DNA from: a virus | Taxonomy: Duplodnaviria > Caudoviricetes | Length of the DNA: 62,437 bases | Direction: 5' to 3' (one strand) | Virus record (IMG/VR): IMGVR_UViG_3300021425_000035 | Location: 1-62,437 of that record | The notes under the pieces: model-generated | What the model saw: only the letters and a program-made list of their open reading frames with translations | What the model was told of the DNA's origin: nothing | Databases searched by the model: none | Shown: piece by piece, positions 43,701 to 53,509 of the stretch | Position numbering within the stretch: the stretch's first letter is position 1 | Layout of the letters: every line of letters begins with the position of its first letter | Program-made: the position numbers and the translations under genes

Positions 43701-46700
43701 TAATTGATTTGCAGTAGAATTTTTGTCCTTCTACTACTTGACCTTCAGCTATTCTTTCCCCTAGTGGAGGTTGTGCGAAGGTTATAGTATTACCTTTTAC
43801 AGTAAATGATTTTCCTGGTTCCTGTAAAACACCATCTAAAGTAATAATTAAAGAACTTTCATTGTATGGAGCATATGCAGTATTTGTCTTTTTATCCAAT
43901 AATGTAAATGTTTTTGTTCCGTAAAGAACACCACTATTTGGATCAAAATCTCCATCAAATGGGCTAGCTAAAATTAACTCTCTTGCTACGGTTTCTGACG
44001 AATCAAATGTATCAATAGCAACAGATCCAATACCTCTTTTAATATTACTATCAACAAAAGATATAATATTTTCGGTGATATATTTTCTTGTATTAACAAT
44101 AGAAATATTTTGAGGTCTTAAATTTATAAATGAGTGAGTCTCAATTTCTCTTACATCAGAAGGTATTGCAGTTTTCCCGTTGGATTCTAGAATTAACTCC
44201 CCAAATAGTTGAAATCCAGCTGGATGTGTTGTCTCTTTAATTAAATCTCTCCAAAAATCAATAGGAGTTCTAGATTTAATTACATATGAATAATCTTGAT
44301 AAAAATAAGAATCGGATAATTTTTGGGAATTTGCACTTAATTTTCCTTTTTCTGAATTAAATCTTCCAAGATTATCAAAATATGTTCTGATATCAGCCGA
44401 GAAAGAAGTTTCTAATTGTGCTACAATAGTAGCCGTTTTTGATTTAGCAAATCCTTTTATAGGAAGATTATTTCTGAATATTCCATTAATATTTTCTATC
44501 TTTAATAAGTTGCTTCCTACTCTCCAGCCATTTTTAGAAACAATAGCATCAGCAACTAATACTCCATTTTCATATTGAACTATTTTCTCCCCAGGATAAA
44601 AAGAATTATCTTCAAAATCTTTTAACACAAAAGTATTTGTTGATTTAAATATTGGTAAAGTAGAATAATCGGAATTATAACCAAAACCATTATTAATCAA
44701 TTTAATATTTTTAGGGATACCAATATTATTAGATGTGAAGAAAATCTTTACGTCAGATTCAAATATTTTTATTTCTGGATTATATGTAAATCCTTCACCT
44801 GGATTTATAATATTAACTGCTTTAATTTTGCCATTTTCGGAAATGCACTCTAACTTATAATTAAAGCCATTTCCATCTGTTATTAATGCTACTGGTTTAC
44901 TATAATTTTGACCTTGATTATTGACGACTATCGAAGACAAGTAACCAGTTGTAGTATCTATTGATGCAGTAACTGACGCTTCATATGAAGAGGTTGGCAG
45001 AATACCTTTACATACAGGAATCAAATCATAATTACTGCCAGTATTTACAATAGATAATGATTTAATTGAGCCTATTGCAAACTGAGATGTTGTATCATAT
45101 TTAATTGTTCCTGTGCCATCATATTGTGGTAAACTATTCATTGAATAAACAAATTTATTTTCAGTTGAATAAATTACAAAATTTTCTCCTGATAATGGAT
45201 CATCTATTACTTTTAATGATGATCCATCAGTATCAACATCAGCAGAAGCTTTGATGAAATAGTAATAGTTATTAAAATTCACTGGAATCTTTTGTTCATA
45301 TTCATTTGACGAAATATTTGGTCCAAATCCAAGTTTAATAGAAACAAAAGATCCTGTAGTTCCTGGTAAATTTGAACTTACATTTTTTTCTTCTGTAAAC
45401 AAATTATAATTTAAACTAGATGAAAAATCTAGGTAGGTATCGACCATTGAAAAATGGCTAGTATCAAAAGTGTACTTGTAATACTTTTGAATATCAATTA
45501 CTGGGTTAATAATAAAATCAACTTCATCCTTACTAAATTCTAGTTTATATTTTGGCTCTTCTACTGATTCAATTTTTACAAATTTACTTGCAATATTTTG
45601 ATCAAAGAAAATGCTACTTTGCAATACACGAATTGGGTTTGTTACTCCATAATCATAGGCTAAAATAAGTTCTCTTGTATTTGAATTATATGAAATAACG
45701 TATGGGGTATTTTGAGCTGTACCTAAAACACCAAAACCAGCATCAAATTTATAAGAAGTTTCGTAAAAATTAACTTTTTGACCGTTAAAGTGATCAACTG
45801 CTTTGGTATTTTTCTGCGCTCTCTCTACGGTAATTGACTTATTATCTTTATCGGCAGAAGTTACTTTAACTACTTCTTCGCCAATTTGTAAAAAGTCACC
45901 ATTTGATATATTATTTATTGAAATTAAAGAAATCTCTGTATTTTCTGCAGAAACTCCTACGTGATCTACAATGATATTTAATCTACTTGTTGATATAGAA
46001 GATGATAATCTGTTTAAATCATTGTCAGCTACAGTTAAAATATCAGATTTTCTATATCCAAAGCCTTTATTAGTTATTTCAACAAAAGAAACTCTACCAT
46101 ATCCAGCACCAAGCTCAAATACAGTTATTCTTGCTCTAGCATTACCTAAATCACCTGGCTTACCAATATTTTTTCTAGCTTTAGATGAATCTACAAATAA
46201 TAACTCAATATCATCGTATACACCTTCTCTATAGTCAGAACCACTATTTAAAAATTCAAATCTACCAATACCAGTATCTACAATTTCGCTATCGAATTTT
46301 AATTCTTGTAAGATGCACTTTTGGTAAAGCCTTTTTCTTACATAATATGTAGTTTCTGTTAAAGAATCATCTGGAAAAATATCTACATTAATTTTATCGC
46401 CTATTCCTAAATTATGAGTACCATTTGTTTCTGCGATTGCAACTTTGTCATTAAGTGTGTTTATTTGTAAGTTTTCACTTAAAGAAGTTGATTTTATAAT
46501 TTTGCTACTTGATGTATCTGAAAGAACATTACTTTTAATAATAAAGTCATTTGAAGCAAAGAAATCCCCAGAAATAAGCCTTATTTTTAGTGAGTTTTGT
46601 CTTAAAGATCCTTCTAAAACAGTTGCTGTTCCAAAAATAACTCCATCCTCTTCCCTAATAAATGATAATGTAGATCCTTTACTATAAGTTGCATTTTTGT

Positions 46701-49700
46701 CAAGTAAAATATTAACTACTTTAATCGTAGCAAACAAAGGCACATCAGTAGTGAATGTTCCATTTACATTTCTAACTACTAATCTATTATCATTAACTAC
46801 ATCGCCTATAATTTCTCCTTGAATCAAGGATGTAGTATTATCTAAAATAACTCTAAAAGAAGACGTTGGGGCAACTGCTAAATCATTTACAACTTTAACA
46901 TTCGGAGAATCTGAATCTTGCTGACCAGTAATCTCTAAGTTATCGACAATAATTTGATTCAGTAATAATCCTTCTGATTGAAATACTATATCTCCAGCAA
47001 ACAAATATGCATTTTGCTTTAGATCAATTAAGATTGCTTTATTTTGTACTGATTCTAGAGAAACAATCTCTTTTCCATTTACAGATGAAACAACAGATTT
47101 TGCGCCAAATCCTCCAGTATTATTACTATCAATAAAAACTTGAGATCCAACAGAAAAAACTTCTGTCGAATAATCGGAATATCCACCAGAAACATTTCCT
47201 TTGGTAGTATCACCAATTAAAGCTAAAGAATTAGCTCCATTAGAATCTATTGCATCATCTCTATATCTAACAACATTTTTTGGAATATCATCTTGTGATA
47301 TATTTGAATTATAGTTAGAATCTACTGGCAAAGAATAGAAATTTTTACCTATGATATATGGAAATGTTGGATTTCCTAGACCATCGATACTAATAAAATA
47401 AGCATAAGTTCCATTTGGATATTCTGGGGTAACACAAAATCTTCCGTTATTTTCATCAAGTTCTGTTTTGTTGCTATTTACAGTAGGTATCCATTCATAG
47501 TCATTCACAAAAGTACCTAATGGGTAATCTACTAGTGAAGGACCATTTTGACGGTTATTTTTTAATTGATAACCACTGCTCATTCTAACAATAGTAGAAT
47601 TGCTATTTCCTGGATCCGAAAATCCATAAGGACCATAAATTGGATTCCCGTCATAGGCAAACCCTAGAATGGGGGAGTGAGTTTTGTCTCCAGTAGATTC
47701 ATTTAAAACACTATTGATATTGTCCCCAGATCTAAATCTAAGATTTGCTGGATTAGCTACTACTCCATAGCCATCGGCAAATTTCGGATTGAAATTAGGA
47801 AATACATAAGAATTATTTGAATCTAATAATAATTTATTCTTTTTGAACCTATCTTTAACCCATTCTCCAACTTTTGCTGTGGCAAAGGCACCTGATCCAG
47901 CTGGGATAACTTCTATAATTAAGCTATTTCTAGTATAAAATCTACCACCATTTATTTTTTGACATTTTGTGATTTTTCCTTCTGGGGAAACAATTGCTTC
48001 ATACTCAGCAAAAGCTCCTTTACCTAAAGCATCAAAAATTCTAATTGTTGGTGGGGAAGAATAATATTCACCTGGATCTTCAATTTTAATACTAGTAATT
48101 TCGCCATTTGTTACTACTGGTTTTAGCTTAGCATTTCTACCAGAAGTAATTGTTATAGTTGGATTTTCTGTGTAAATATCGTCTGAAAGTAATTCTATTC
48201 TATCAACTACTTCACCTGCAAGAAAACATCTTGCTTTATTTGGTTCATTATTAACTAATACAAAAGGCGAATTTTTATAACCAACTCCTTTGGTTTCAAT
48301 ATTAAATGATAAAATAGTACCATATTTTACACAATCAAAATCTTTGTTACTGTAAGCTACAGAACCATCAATTAAAATACCAATATCTCTATTTGAAGTT
48401 TCATAAACTTCAGTAGTATTAATTGGATACTTTCTAACAAGTTTTAAAAATTTTTGATCTCCTAAATTAATTGGAGAATGTTGATTTAAAATTGAATGAT
48501 ATGGGTATCCACTTGAACAAATATAAAAATACTGATCATCTTCGTAAATTGCTGAAACATCAGCATTTAAATCTTTAATCGCATTCGAAATATCTTGACT
48601 AAGAGATGAAAATGCTTTTCTGAAATTTGTATTTAAAAACCAATCTACTCCATTAATTAGTGGATGATTACTAATGAAGCCTGATTTAGATATTTGTACT
48701 TTATCACCAGAACTAGAATAAGGACTTGGATTTGATACATTTAAATTGTATAATACACCAAGTGCAAGTAGATTTACTATACCTCCATCATACTTGCATG
48801 TAATAATATTATCAGTGTAAACATCAGTTCCTATAATATGGGTAGTATTTGGGTTTGATCTACCATTAATGATAAATTGATTTACATTCTTTTCATTAAA
48901 AGCAATAGTTTCTGAATTAACAATAATGTTACCTTTAGGTTGCCACCCTAAAGTCGAATAAACATCAATTCTATCACCAATTGTATCATTTACTGAAATA
49001 TCAGTTTTTAATTTTGTTTGTGCCGCAATATCAAAAGAACCATTAACCGATCCTGGAGATAATACCAATTCAAAAATTCCACCATTCCCCCCATAATTTA
49101 CCGCATCAACTATCGCAGATGCATATGAAGTTTCTGTTTTTTGAACAAGTTTGTTTCCAATTAATTTTTTAGGATCTCCCGATAATATTTTTACTTTAAT
49201 TGAATAATTACTTATCCAGTCAGAAGTAGAAGCTTTTAAAGTAAAGTCCTTTGGATTGTATGTTTCTGGAGTATCTTCAGCACTCTTTGAAACAATTGAG
49301 TTAAAAATAAACTTAATAGATCTATCAGTACCTTTTGCCTTATAGAAGTCACTGATATTTTTGATGAGTACTCGCTTATCTACATCACCTTTTAAATATG
49401 CTTCTGGAAAGCCTCCTAGATACTGCTGCTCAAAGCTCTTAACAAAAGCATATAAAAATAGATTGCTTACATTATATACAGTATCATTTACATAATGTGG
49501 TTCTGCTTGTGTCGTTACAAACTTAGAACTTTCATACAAATCTCCAAGTGTAGTATTTCCACTAACACCTCTAGAAACTTCTAAAAATTCTGTATCTGTT
49601 CTTTCTTTGTAAAAACAAATTTCATTTCCGATTTTAATGTATCCATTCTTCTCTGGAAATGAACTAGCATCTTCTACTATAATGCTAGTGTCAGTTTCGG

Positions 49701-49926
49701 TAATACTAGATGATAATTCAGTAAACTGATTGAGTAAATTTTTCTCGTAATAATTGATGTCACGATATTTCGTAACATTAGAAATGATATCAAGTGGTTG
49801 TCCTTGAATTTCTAATTGCTCGTAGTATTTCTCTACAAACTTGGAAAAGTTTTCGTATTCAGAAACTATAAACCCAGGTAGTTGAGATTCAATTAAGGTA
49901 GAGATATTTCTTGTCTTTGCAGCCAT
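40780..49926 (-). CDS. gp7: Baseplate wedge initiator gp7-like (3048 aa)
   Basis: 'ISTLIESQLPGFI', 'IKNISDFYKAKGT', YHYH-like 'HSPILGFAYDGNPIYGPYG', 'DSYFYQDYSYVIKS', 'HPAGFQLFG'; position between gp6 and gp8. Confidence 0.85.
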   Translation of the reverse strand: MAAKTRNISTLIESQLPGFIVSEYENFSKFVEKYYEQLEIQGQPLDIISNVTKYRDINYYEKNLLNQFTELSSSITETDTSIIVEDASSFPEKNGYIKIGNEICFYKERTDTEFLEVSRGVSGNTTLGDLYESSKFVTTQAEPHYVNDTVYNVSNLFLYAFVKSFEQQYLGGFPEAYLKGDVDKRVLIKNISDFYKAKGTDRSIKFIFNSIVSKSAEDTPETYNPKDFTLKASTSDWISNYSIKVKILSGDPKKLIGNKLVQKTETSYASAIVDAVNYGGNGGIFELVLSPGSVNGSFDIAAQTKLKTDISVNDTIGDRIDVYSTLGWQPKGNIIVNSETIAFNEKNVNQFIINGRSNPNTTHIIGTDVYTDNIITCKYDGGIVNLLALGVLYNLNVSNPSPYSSSGDKVQISKSGFISNHPLINGVDWFLNTNFRKAFSSLSQDISNAIKDLNADVSAIYEDDQYFYICSSGYPYHSILNQHSPINLGDQKFLKLVRKYPINTTEVYETSNRDIGILIDGSVAYSNKDFDCVKYGTILSFNIETKGVGYKNSPFVLVNNEPNKARCFLAGEVVDRIELLSDDIYTENPTITITSGRNAKLKPVVTNGEITSIKIEDPGEYYSSPPTIRIFDALGKGAFAEYEAIVSPEGKITKCQKINGGRFYTRNSLIIEVIPAGSGAFATAKVGEWVKDRFKKNKLLLDSNNSYVFPNFNPKFADGYGVVANPANLRFRSGDNINSVLNESTGDKTHSPILGFAYDGNPIYGPYGFSDPGNSNSTIVRMSSGYQLKNNRQNGPSLVDYPLGTFVNDYEWIPTVNSNKTELDENNGRFCVTPEYPNGTYAYFISIDGLGNPTFPYIIGKNFYSLPVDSNYNSNISQDDIPKNVVRYRDDAIDSNGANSLALIGDTTKGNVSGGYSDYSTEVFSVGSQVFIDSNNTGGFGAKSVVSSVNGKEIVSLESVQNKAILIDLKQNAYLFAGDIVFQSEGLLLNQIIVDNLEITGQQDSDSPNVKVVNDLAVAPTSSFRVILDNTTSLIQGEIIGDVVNDNRLVVRNVNGTFTTDVPLFATIKVVNILLDKNATYSKGSTLSFIREEDGVIFGTATVLEGSLRQNSLKIRLISGDFFASNDFIIKSNVLSDTSSSKIIKSTSLSENLQINTLNDKVAIAETNGTHNLGIGDKINVDIFPDDSLTETTYYVRKRLYQKCILQELKFDSEIVDTGIGRFEFLNSGSDYREGVYDDIELLFVDSSKARKNIGKPGDLGNARARITVFELGAGYGRVSFVEITNKGFGYRKSDILTVADNDLNRLSSSISTSRLNIIVDHVGVSAENTEISLISINNISNGDFLQIGEEVVKVTSADKDNKSITVERAQKNTKAVDHFNGQKVNFYETSYKFDAGFGVLGTAQNTPYVISYNSNTRELILAYDYGVTNPIRVLQSSIFFDQNIASKFVKIESVEEPKYKLEFSKDEVDFIINPVIDIQKYYKYTFDTSHFSMVDTYLDFSSSLNYNLFTEEKNVSSNLPGTTGSFVSIKLGFGPNISSNEYEQKIPVNFNNYYYFIKASADVDTDGSSLKVIDDPLSGENFVIYSTENKFVYSMNSLPQYDGTGTIKYDTTSQFAIGSIKSLSIVNTGSNYDLIPVCKGILPTSSYEASVTASIDTTTGYLSSIVVNNQGQNYSKPVALITDGNGFNYKLECISENGKIKAVNIINPGEGFTYNPEIKIFESDVKIFFTSNNIGIPKNIKLINNGFGYNSDYSTLPIFKSTNTFVLKDFEDNSFYPGEKIVQYENGVLVADAIVSKNGWRVGSNLLKIENINGIFRNNLPIKGFAKSKTATIVAQLETSFSADIRTYFDNLGRFNSEKGKLSANSQKLSDSYFYQDYSYVIKSRTPIDFWRDLIKETTHPAGFQLFGELILESNGKTAIPSDVREIETHSFINLRPQNISIVNTRKYITENIISFVDSNIKRGIGSVAIDTFDSSETVARELILASPFDGDFDPNSGVLYGTKTFTLLDKKTNTAYAPYNESSLIITLDGVLQEPGKSFTVKGNTITFAQPPLGERIAEGQVVEGQKFYCKSIKFKDNTLNSTYIRKIKNISDQFDGETRIFDLYEENGSIVKTLPNEKLIVALNGVLQNARSTEDEPFRNSYSIIRSQDPTVADKIAFTEPPISHGELYDSTDDITIREKCFIYSIGSYRRLTIDSRTVKYRRTGPFLILDEVENTVVKIDDPLYVIVFIDGVLQIPGKSYDIVGPNITFSSPLQYYEDESGKQTLQKVSILLFYGRDKAKTLTFYDFEPNAYYSQGNLRINGSTNLLDLYSWLSKYLGYNVIVSQNGNNIGKIKSFVPGASDLNLTLLCSAFYQVDSSDITFTNPKSGDNFVLFGIKSSSISYVEDDDGIRKLQVDVPSWLFGSKLGKDAYLEKTNLYSNLSVGDLIKIDGESEFREIVSIPELVNTKQYNIGEFLPKDIYSRVQATNYNDIVRGEGLSITAEVDVNGTVTKLNWNRRDLLLFFNNNILLQPTAYQYYTSPIIDFVPRTQSGGGAKAEVISVGGQIVDIVLIDGGYGYTEPPQVVVSRGYNIIKGRSREFDTTTVLNISPPSAVADVLTTSSHISIISSGPAGAFLFTLIDFSNVPVVAKDLLCTIQPDEELAKVNKISETSECYILLPDIIVSCDILTASPEIVRHLDVSSDIVSSSTVISVDKEITSTISKQINEAFIQLDTASINDIGAFLDAPLSETDNIVYIPDTRRFPDSSRLLIGKEIVYYEKKKTDRFLSVTRGADGTTAQTHDAGDYLRHLPKVVSVVPVGTITVQTITSIESDHNTFTERLKVLKTEVVDPSIKHNSTTLSIEVSYKTGVLDFYTENIILANQIQTRDTGVLTLDNSINLITLRDGSTITVLNDSLDRDPFYQGYTLGNAGHTITAFENLAFINTGAFAVNGTILEFDTAYSNISILDFEQRKYSSIALSGDYVNFAGPSINEVGTTLTNSISDLDVEMTIANSFAFPEFGRIIIDKEIIEYTSKNGNTLLGLVRGADNTIAASHTQNTYLRSF

Positions 49927-49931
49927 TTAAT

Positions 49932-51725
49932 CTACTCGGGATAAGCAGTGAACTTACTAGTGGTCATATCAACATCTAGGAAAACCTCTCGTAGAGCATT
50001 GATATCATTGCTCAATGGCTTTACTCTTAATTCAATTCGGTTGTCTTCAAAAGAACCACGAATGATCGTTAAATCATTCAACATTATTTCACCTTTTGTA
50101 TAATTTATTTCTCCAAGGGAGTCATTTAGAACTATTTTTAGTCCAGTTAAATCATCTATTCTATATAGGACGATTATACCATCCCTATCTTCCAAATACA
50201 CGGTATATTCAGGAAATTCAGTAACTGTAAACCCAGTTGATTGTAGTGTTGGACCATTGCATTCTTTATCAAAAGCATTTTGGAAACAAACCTCATAGTA
50301 AAAGCTTGAATTGATGGCAGGATAAAAATCTTTCCTCAACATTACTGTAGTTTGATTAGAATTGATTGATCTGTCTGCATCATCAATCACACCAATAAAT
50401 TTACTATATCTAAATTTACCAGTAAACTTTTCAGTATCTGATTGATCAATATATTGTTGAATTCCTGTTCTTACTTTCTTTACAATCTCAGCTGGAGGTA
50501 AATTTGTCTTGGTCCTATCATAATAAATTTTACTTGTCAATTCTACAAATAAAATTGATGGATCAATGATATCAACAGTAACTGATCCAACCATATATGG
50601 TTGTAATCTTCTTACAATGTCTTGTTTAGTGAATGAAGAAAGTAGGTTTGTATTAGATGGTTTAATTACTACCTTAACTTTGCCATATTCTGGTGGATCT
50701 GCGTCTTGACCACCAAAGGTAATAATATCAGCAACCGCTGGATAAACGTTCCTAACGATGGCTGCATAGTCCTGTGCGGTCACTGCACGATCTTGTGTGC
50801 CGAAATACCTAGGCGCATTGTATTTAATTTTATCGATGCTTTCAATGTTCTCTCCACCAGATGCTGGAGTTACTGAATTGACAACAACATTTAATGGATA
50901 AACCGCATTGTTTCTATCATCAACAATACCATTGAATACAAATGTCTTGGCACCATTAGTATCAGGACCATTGGTTACTAGATAAGTAACCTCAATAAAC
51001 TGACCACTCTCTAGTTTCTTACCTAATACACCATCACCAAAGAAAAGCTCGTAGTTCTCGTCTTCAACTTCATTTAAAAAATATGTCTTAGTTTCTGAAT
51101 TTACATCAAGAATATTATCTGCTCTTTCGTAAAATTCAAAAGCAGATGAATTTTGGGATGGATATACTTTTACTCTAATACTACTCGTATCAACGCCTTG
51201 ATTCTGAATCAAAAAACGTTGAGATTTGAGTGCTGTATTAACAGTATAAGAATTTTTAATTAATGATCCTTCATAAATCGGAACATCAACAAAAGATGCT
51301 GTTCCATTCTCTACTGCAGCAGAAACATCATCTAATGTGGTATATTGATATAGTTCTGAATCAAAAATCGTAGTAAATGCAGATCCAGTTCTTAAAATAG
51401 CAACATCAGGAGTTGTATTAATAAAATTAACGTCAAAATTAATGTAAGCAACAGGTGAAGTAACTGACTTCGGTGTATATCCTAATTGCTTGGCAATTGC
51501 AACAACATTATCTCTCAGGGTTGCTGAATCTAAAAATAACTCGTTGACAACTAGATTGGTGTTGAATGCCGTATAATACGTATTATACGCCAATACATCA
51601 AGTAATGTGCTCCATACAGAACCTTCAAAATCATAATCAGTAAAATCTGACTGTGATCTTAAATATTCCTTCAGTGCAATCTTAATATCATTATAATCTA
51701 AATTTGATACTTGTGTGTATGGCAT
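49932..51725 (-). CDS. gp6: Baseplate wedge subunit gp6
   Basis: 'FTDYDFEGS..S.LLDVLAYNT', 'FLDSATLRDNVV..AK.LGY.P', 'FFGDGVLGK', 'RAVTAQDY'. Confidence 0.92.
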   Translation of the reverse strand: MPYTQVSNLDYNDIKIALKEYLRSQSDFTDYDFEGSVWSTLLDVLAYNTYYTAFNTNLVVNELFLDSATLRDNVVAIAKQLGYTPKSVTSPVAYINFDVNFINTTPDVAILRTGSAFTTIFDSELYQYTTLDDVSAAVENGTASFVDVPIYEGSLIKNSYTVNTALKSQRFLIQNQGVDTSSIRVKVYPSQNSSAFEFYERADNILDVNSETKTYFLNEVEDENYELFFGDGVLGKKLESGQFIEVTYLVTNGPDTNGAKTFVFNGIVDDRNNAVYPLNVVVNSVTPASGGENIESIDKIKYNAPRYFGTQDRAVTAQDYAAIVRNVYPAVADIITFGGQDADPPEYGKVKVVIKPSNTNLLSSFTKQDIVRRLQPYMVGSVTVDIIDPSILFVELTSKIYYDRTKTNLPPAEIVKKVRTGIQQYIDQSDTEKFTGKFRYSKFIGVIDDADRSINSNQTTVMLRKDFYPAINSSFYYEVCFQNAFDKECNGPTLQSTGFTVTEFPEYTVYLEDRDGIIVLYRIDDLTGLKIVLNDSLGEINYTKGEIMLNDLTIIRGSFEDNRIELRVKPLSNDINALREVFLDVDMTTSKFTAYPE

Positions 51726-52118
51726 TTATCGAGTTCTCTCTAAAAAGAATTCTACGTTGAGTGGAATATCGTCTCTACCTATAATCTCAAATTCCAATCC
51801 AACATCAAATCCATTATCATCAAAATTTGGTATAACTTCTAACGATATAATATTAATTCTAGGTTCGTAATCTGTTAATACGTTTTTAATCTCAGATTGG
51901 ACCAAGGCTGCTACACCATAATCTAATTGTTCAAATAGTAATCTAGGAATGTCAGACCCAATCTGAGAATTGAATAAACGTTCACCTTTGTTTGTTAACA
52001 AAAGATTAACGATAGCCTGTTTGACAGCAGCCTCATCCTTACTAGTAATTAAATCACCAGTAATTGGATGAGGCTTGAATGTAACATTTAAATCTTTAAA
52101 TGTTTGAAACTGTGGCAC
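51726..52118 (-). CDS. gp25: Baseplate wedge subunit gp25 (probable GTG start at 52118)
   Basis: 'FKDLNVTFKPHP', 'NLLLTNKGERLFNSQIGS', 'YEPRI' GPW/gp25 motifs. Confidence 0.9.
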   Translation of the reverse strand: MPQFQTFKDLNVTFKPHPITGDLITSKDEAAVKQAIVNLLLTNKGERLFNSQIGSDIPRLLFEQLDYGVAALVQSEIKNVLTDYEPRINIISLEVIPNFDDNGFDVGLEFEIIGRDDIPLNVEFFLERTR

Positions 52119-52140
52119 AGTAGACAAAAACGTTTGTTAT

Positions 52141-52148
52141 TATTTATA
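52141..52148 (-). promoter_or_regulatory. T4-type late promoter TATAAATA
   Basis: Exact consensus upstream of gp25. Confidence 0.8.
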
Positions 52149-52149
52149 G

Positions 52150-52326
52150 TCACTCATGCCACCTCTCCACAAAATCATCAAATCCACCAGCACCGCCACA
52201 TGGTCTGCTATAACGATTTTCGGGAACTTTGTATTGGGCTTTTTTTAACAGGCGATCACTCGCCTGTTCTGAGATCAGAGTCATCCCCGACTCCATAAAC
52301 TCTTTACTCTTATCAACATTAGCCAT
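52150..52326 (-). CDS. Small conserved cyanophage protein (58 aa, not in ORF track)
   Basis: MANVDKSKEFMESGMTLISEQASDRLLKKAQYKVPENRYSRPCGGAGGFDDFVERWHE*, with GGAG SD upstream. Confidence 0.75.
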   Translation of the reverse strand: MANVDKSKEFMESGMTLISEQASDRLLKKAQYKVPENRYSRPCGGAGGFDDFVERWHE

Positions 52327-52414
52327 CTGTTTTCTCCATAAGGTTTAAACAGAACTTTTAAAGGGGTTGCTATCCCTCCTCAGTGGATTCAGAGATCCAA
52401 TTCTATTTACCCAT

Positions 52415-52444
52415 AAAAAAAACGACCCCCATACACAGGAGTCG
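52415..52444 (-). terminator. Rho-independent terminator
   Basis: Minus strand CGACTCCT-GTGTAT-GGGGGTCG followed by T8. Confidence 0.7.
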
Positions 52445-52452
52445 CCAATATA

Positions 52453-52599
52453 TCAGCCTTTACCTTGCCCACGATAACGCTTACGAGCACCATTACGACT
52501 CGTAGCGGCATACTTCGTGTGTTGCCCATTTCCCTGACGGGACTTCTTCGGCTTAGATTCGATCTGATTGCCACCAGTAAATGAAGGACGACGTGACAT
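52453..52599 (-). CDS. Small Arg/Lys-rich protein (48 aa, not in ORF track)
   Basis: MSRRPSFTGGNQIESKPKKSRQGNGQHTKYAATSRNGARKRYRGQGKG*; GAGG SD; own promoter and terminator. Confidence 0.8.
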   Translation of the reverse strand: MSRRPSFTGGNQIESKPKKSRQGNGQHTKYAATSRNGARKRYRGQGKG

Positions 52600-52624
52600 A
52601 AAAACCTCAGTTGATTACCCACCT

Positions 52625-52653
52625 ATTGTAGCACACTCAGCCCACTTAGACAA
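52625..52653 (-). promoter_or_regulatory. Sigma70-type promoter TTGTCT-N17-TACAAT with extended -10
   Basis: Minus strand TTGTCT aagtgggctgagtgtgc TACAAT. Confidence 0.6.
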
Positions 52654-53017
52654 CCCCCGTACCAATGTGAACATCCTCATAATAGAACGGTCCTACTAAT
52701 GGTCTGTCTGTCCCTAATAACTGTGCCTTATCACCTTGGACTGCAGGAAGCTGCCCATTGAAAAACACAGAGGTGTTCACATTAGCTACGATAATCCTGT
52801 TACCTGGCTGGCAAGGTAGAGGAATCACGTTAGTGGGCAGTGGAACCCCCTGTACGGGCTCTGGAATCGTCGTTGTGGTGTAAAACTCCACTGCCTCTCC
52901 ATTTATGAAAATATTCGGTGATACCACTGGACTACCACCTAATGGCTCAGCAGGATACGAGCACAGTACATCTGTACTTACAGTGTCTACAGTATCTGGT
53001 CCTACTAAAAATGCCAT
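52646..53017 (-). CDS. PAAR-like spike-tip protein (gp5.4-like)
   Basis: Repeated 'SPNIFING' / 'TSVFFNGQLPAVQGD' units; location upstream of gp25. Confidence 0.65.
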   Translation of the reverse strand: MAFLVGPDTVDTVSTDVLCSYPAEPLGGSPVVSPNIFINGEAVEFYTTTTIPEPVQGVPLPTNVIPLPCQPGNRIIVANVNTSVFFNGQLPAVQGDKAQLLGTDRPLVGPFYYEDVHIGTGVV

Positions 53018-53022
53018 AACTC

Positions 53023-53187
53023 TTAGTTTTCTAATTTTTTTATTCTATTCTCTACTTCATCTAAGTATTCAGTTATACTTACATGTTCCTCCCTCTCGGG
53101 GGGTCTGTACATTAATCTGAGATTATAGAGGGACGCCTCTAATCTCTCAATCCTCTCAATCAAGGAATTCAGGTCTTGGTTCGTCAA
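53023..53187 (-). CDS. Small coiled-coil protein (54 aa, TTG start, not in ORF track)
   Basis: MTNQDLNSLIERIERLEASLYNLRLMYRPPEREEHVSITEYLDEVENRIKKLEN*; GGAG SD upstream. Confidence 0.65.
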   Translation of the reverse strand: MTNQDLNSLIERIERLEASLYNLRLMYRPPEREEHVSITEYLDEVENRIKKLEN

Positions 53188-53371
53188 TTGATGTAGTCTC
53201 CTTCTTTACATTACCATTGGCTGAAATAGTCTCTACATTAATCTCTGGTTTGATACCAGCATAATAATCTCCAGCAATATTCTCAATCATATCAGCAAAT
53301 TCATTGAAGTCATCAAAGACTTGCTCCTTTAATTGACCATCTGTGGTCTTATAAGTTACTCGTTGTTTCAT
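53156..53371 (-). CDS. Hypothetical protein (71 aa)
   Basis: ORF track; first gene downstream of late-promoter variant GATAAATA at 53448-53455. Confidence 0.7.
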   Translation of the reverse strand: MKQRVTYKTTDGQLKEQVFDDFNEFADMIENIAGDYYAGIKPEINVETISANGNVKKETTSIDEPRPEFLD

Positions 53372-53509
53372 GGCGACTTTTTTGGGTAAAAATTTTCTGG
53401 GAAATTTTTTTGGAATTGAAGGATTTCACTTTGGAAATTCCTTTTAATATTTATCGGGCTCTGGGAAACGTTTATAGCTTAGAAAGAAGGTACTTTTTTG
53501 GGGGACGCT

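Noticed and set aside
9743-49926. Introns, inteins, frameshifts or stop-codon recoding in the giant genes
   Set aside because: ORFs are continuous in the standard code with tight junctions; no intein or homing-endonuclease motifs recognised
52407-52622. 71-aa ORF-track call
   Set aside because: The alternative frame 52453-52599 has an SD, promoter and terminator; this frame runs through the terminator
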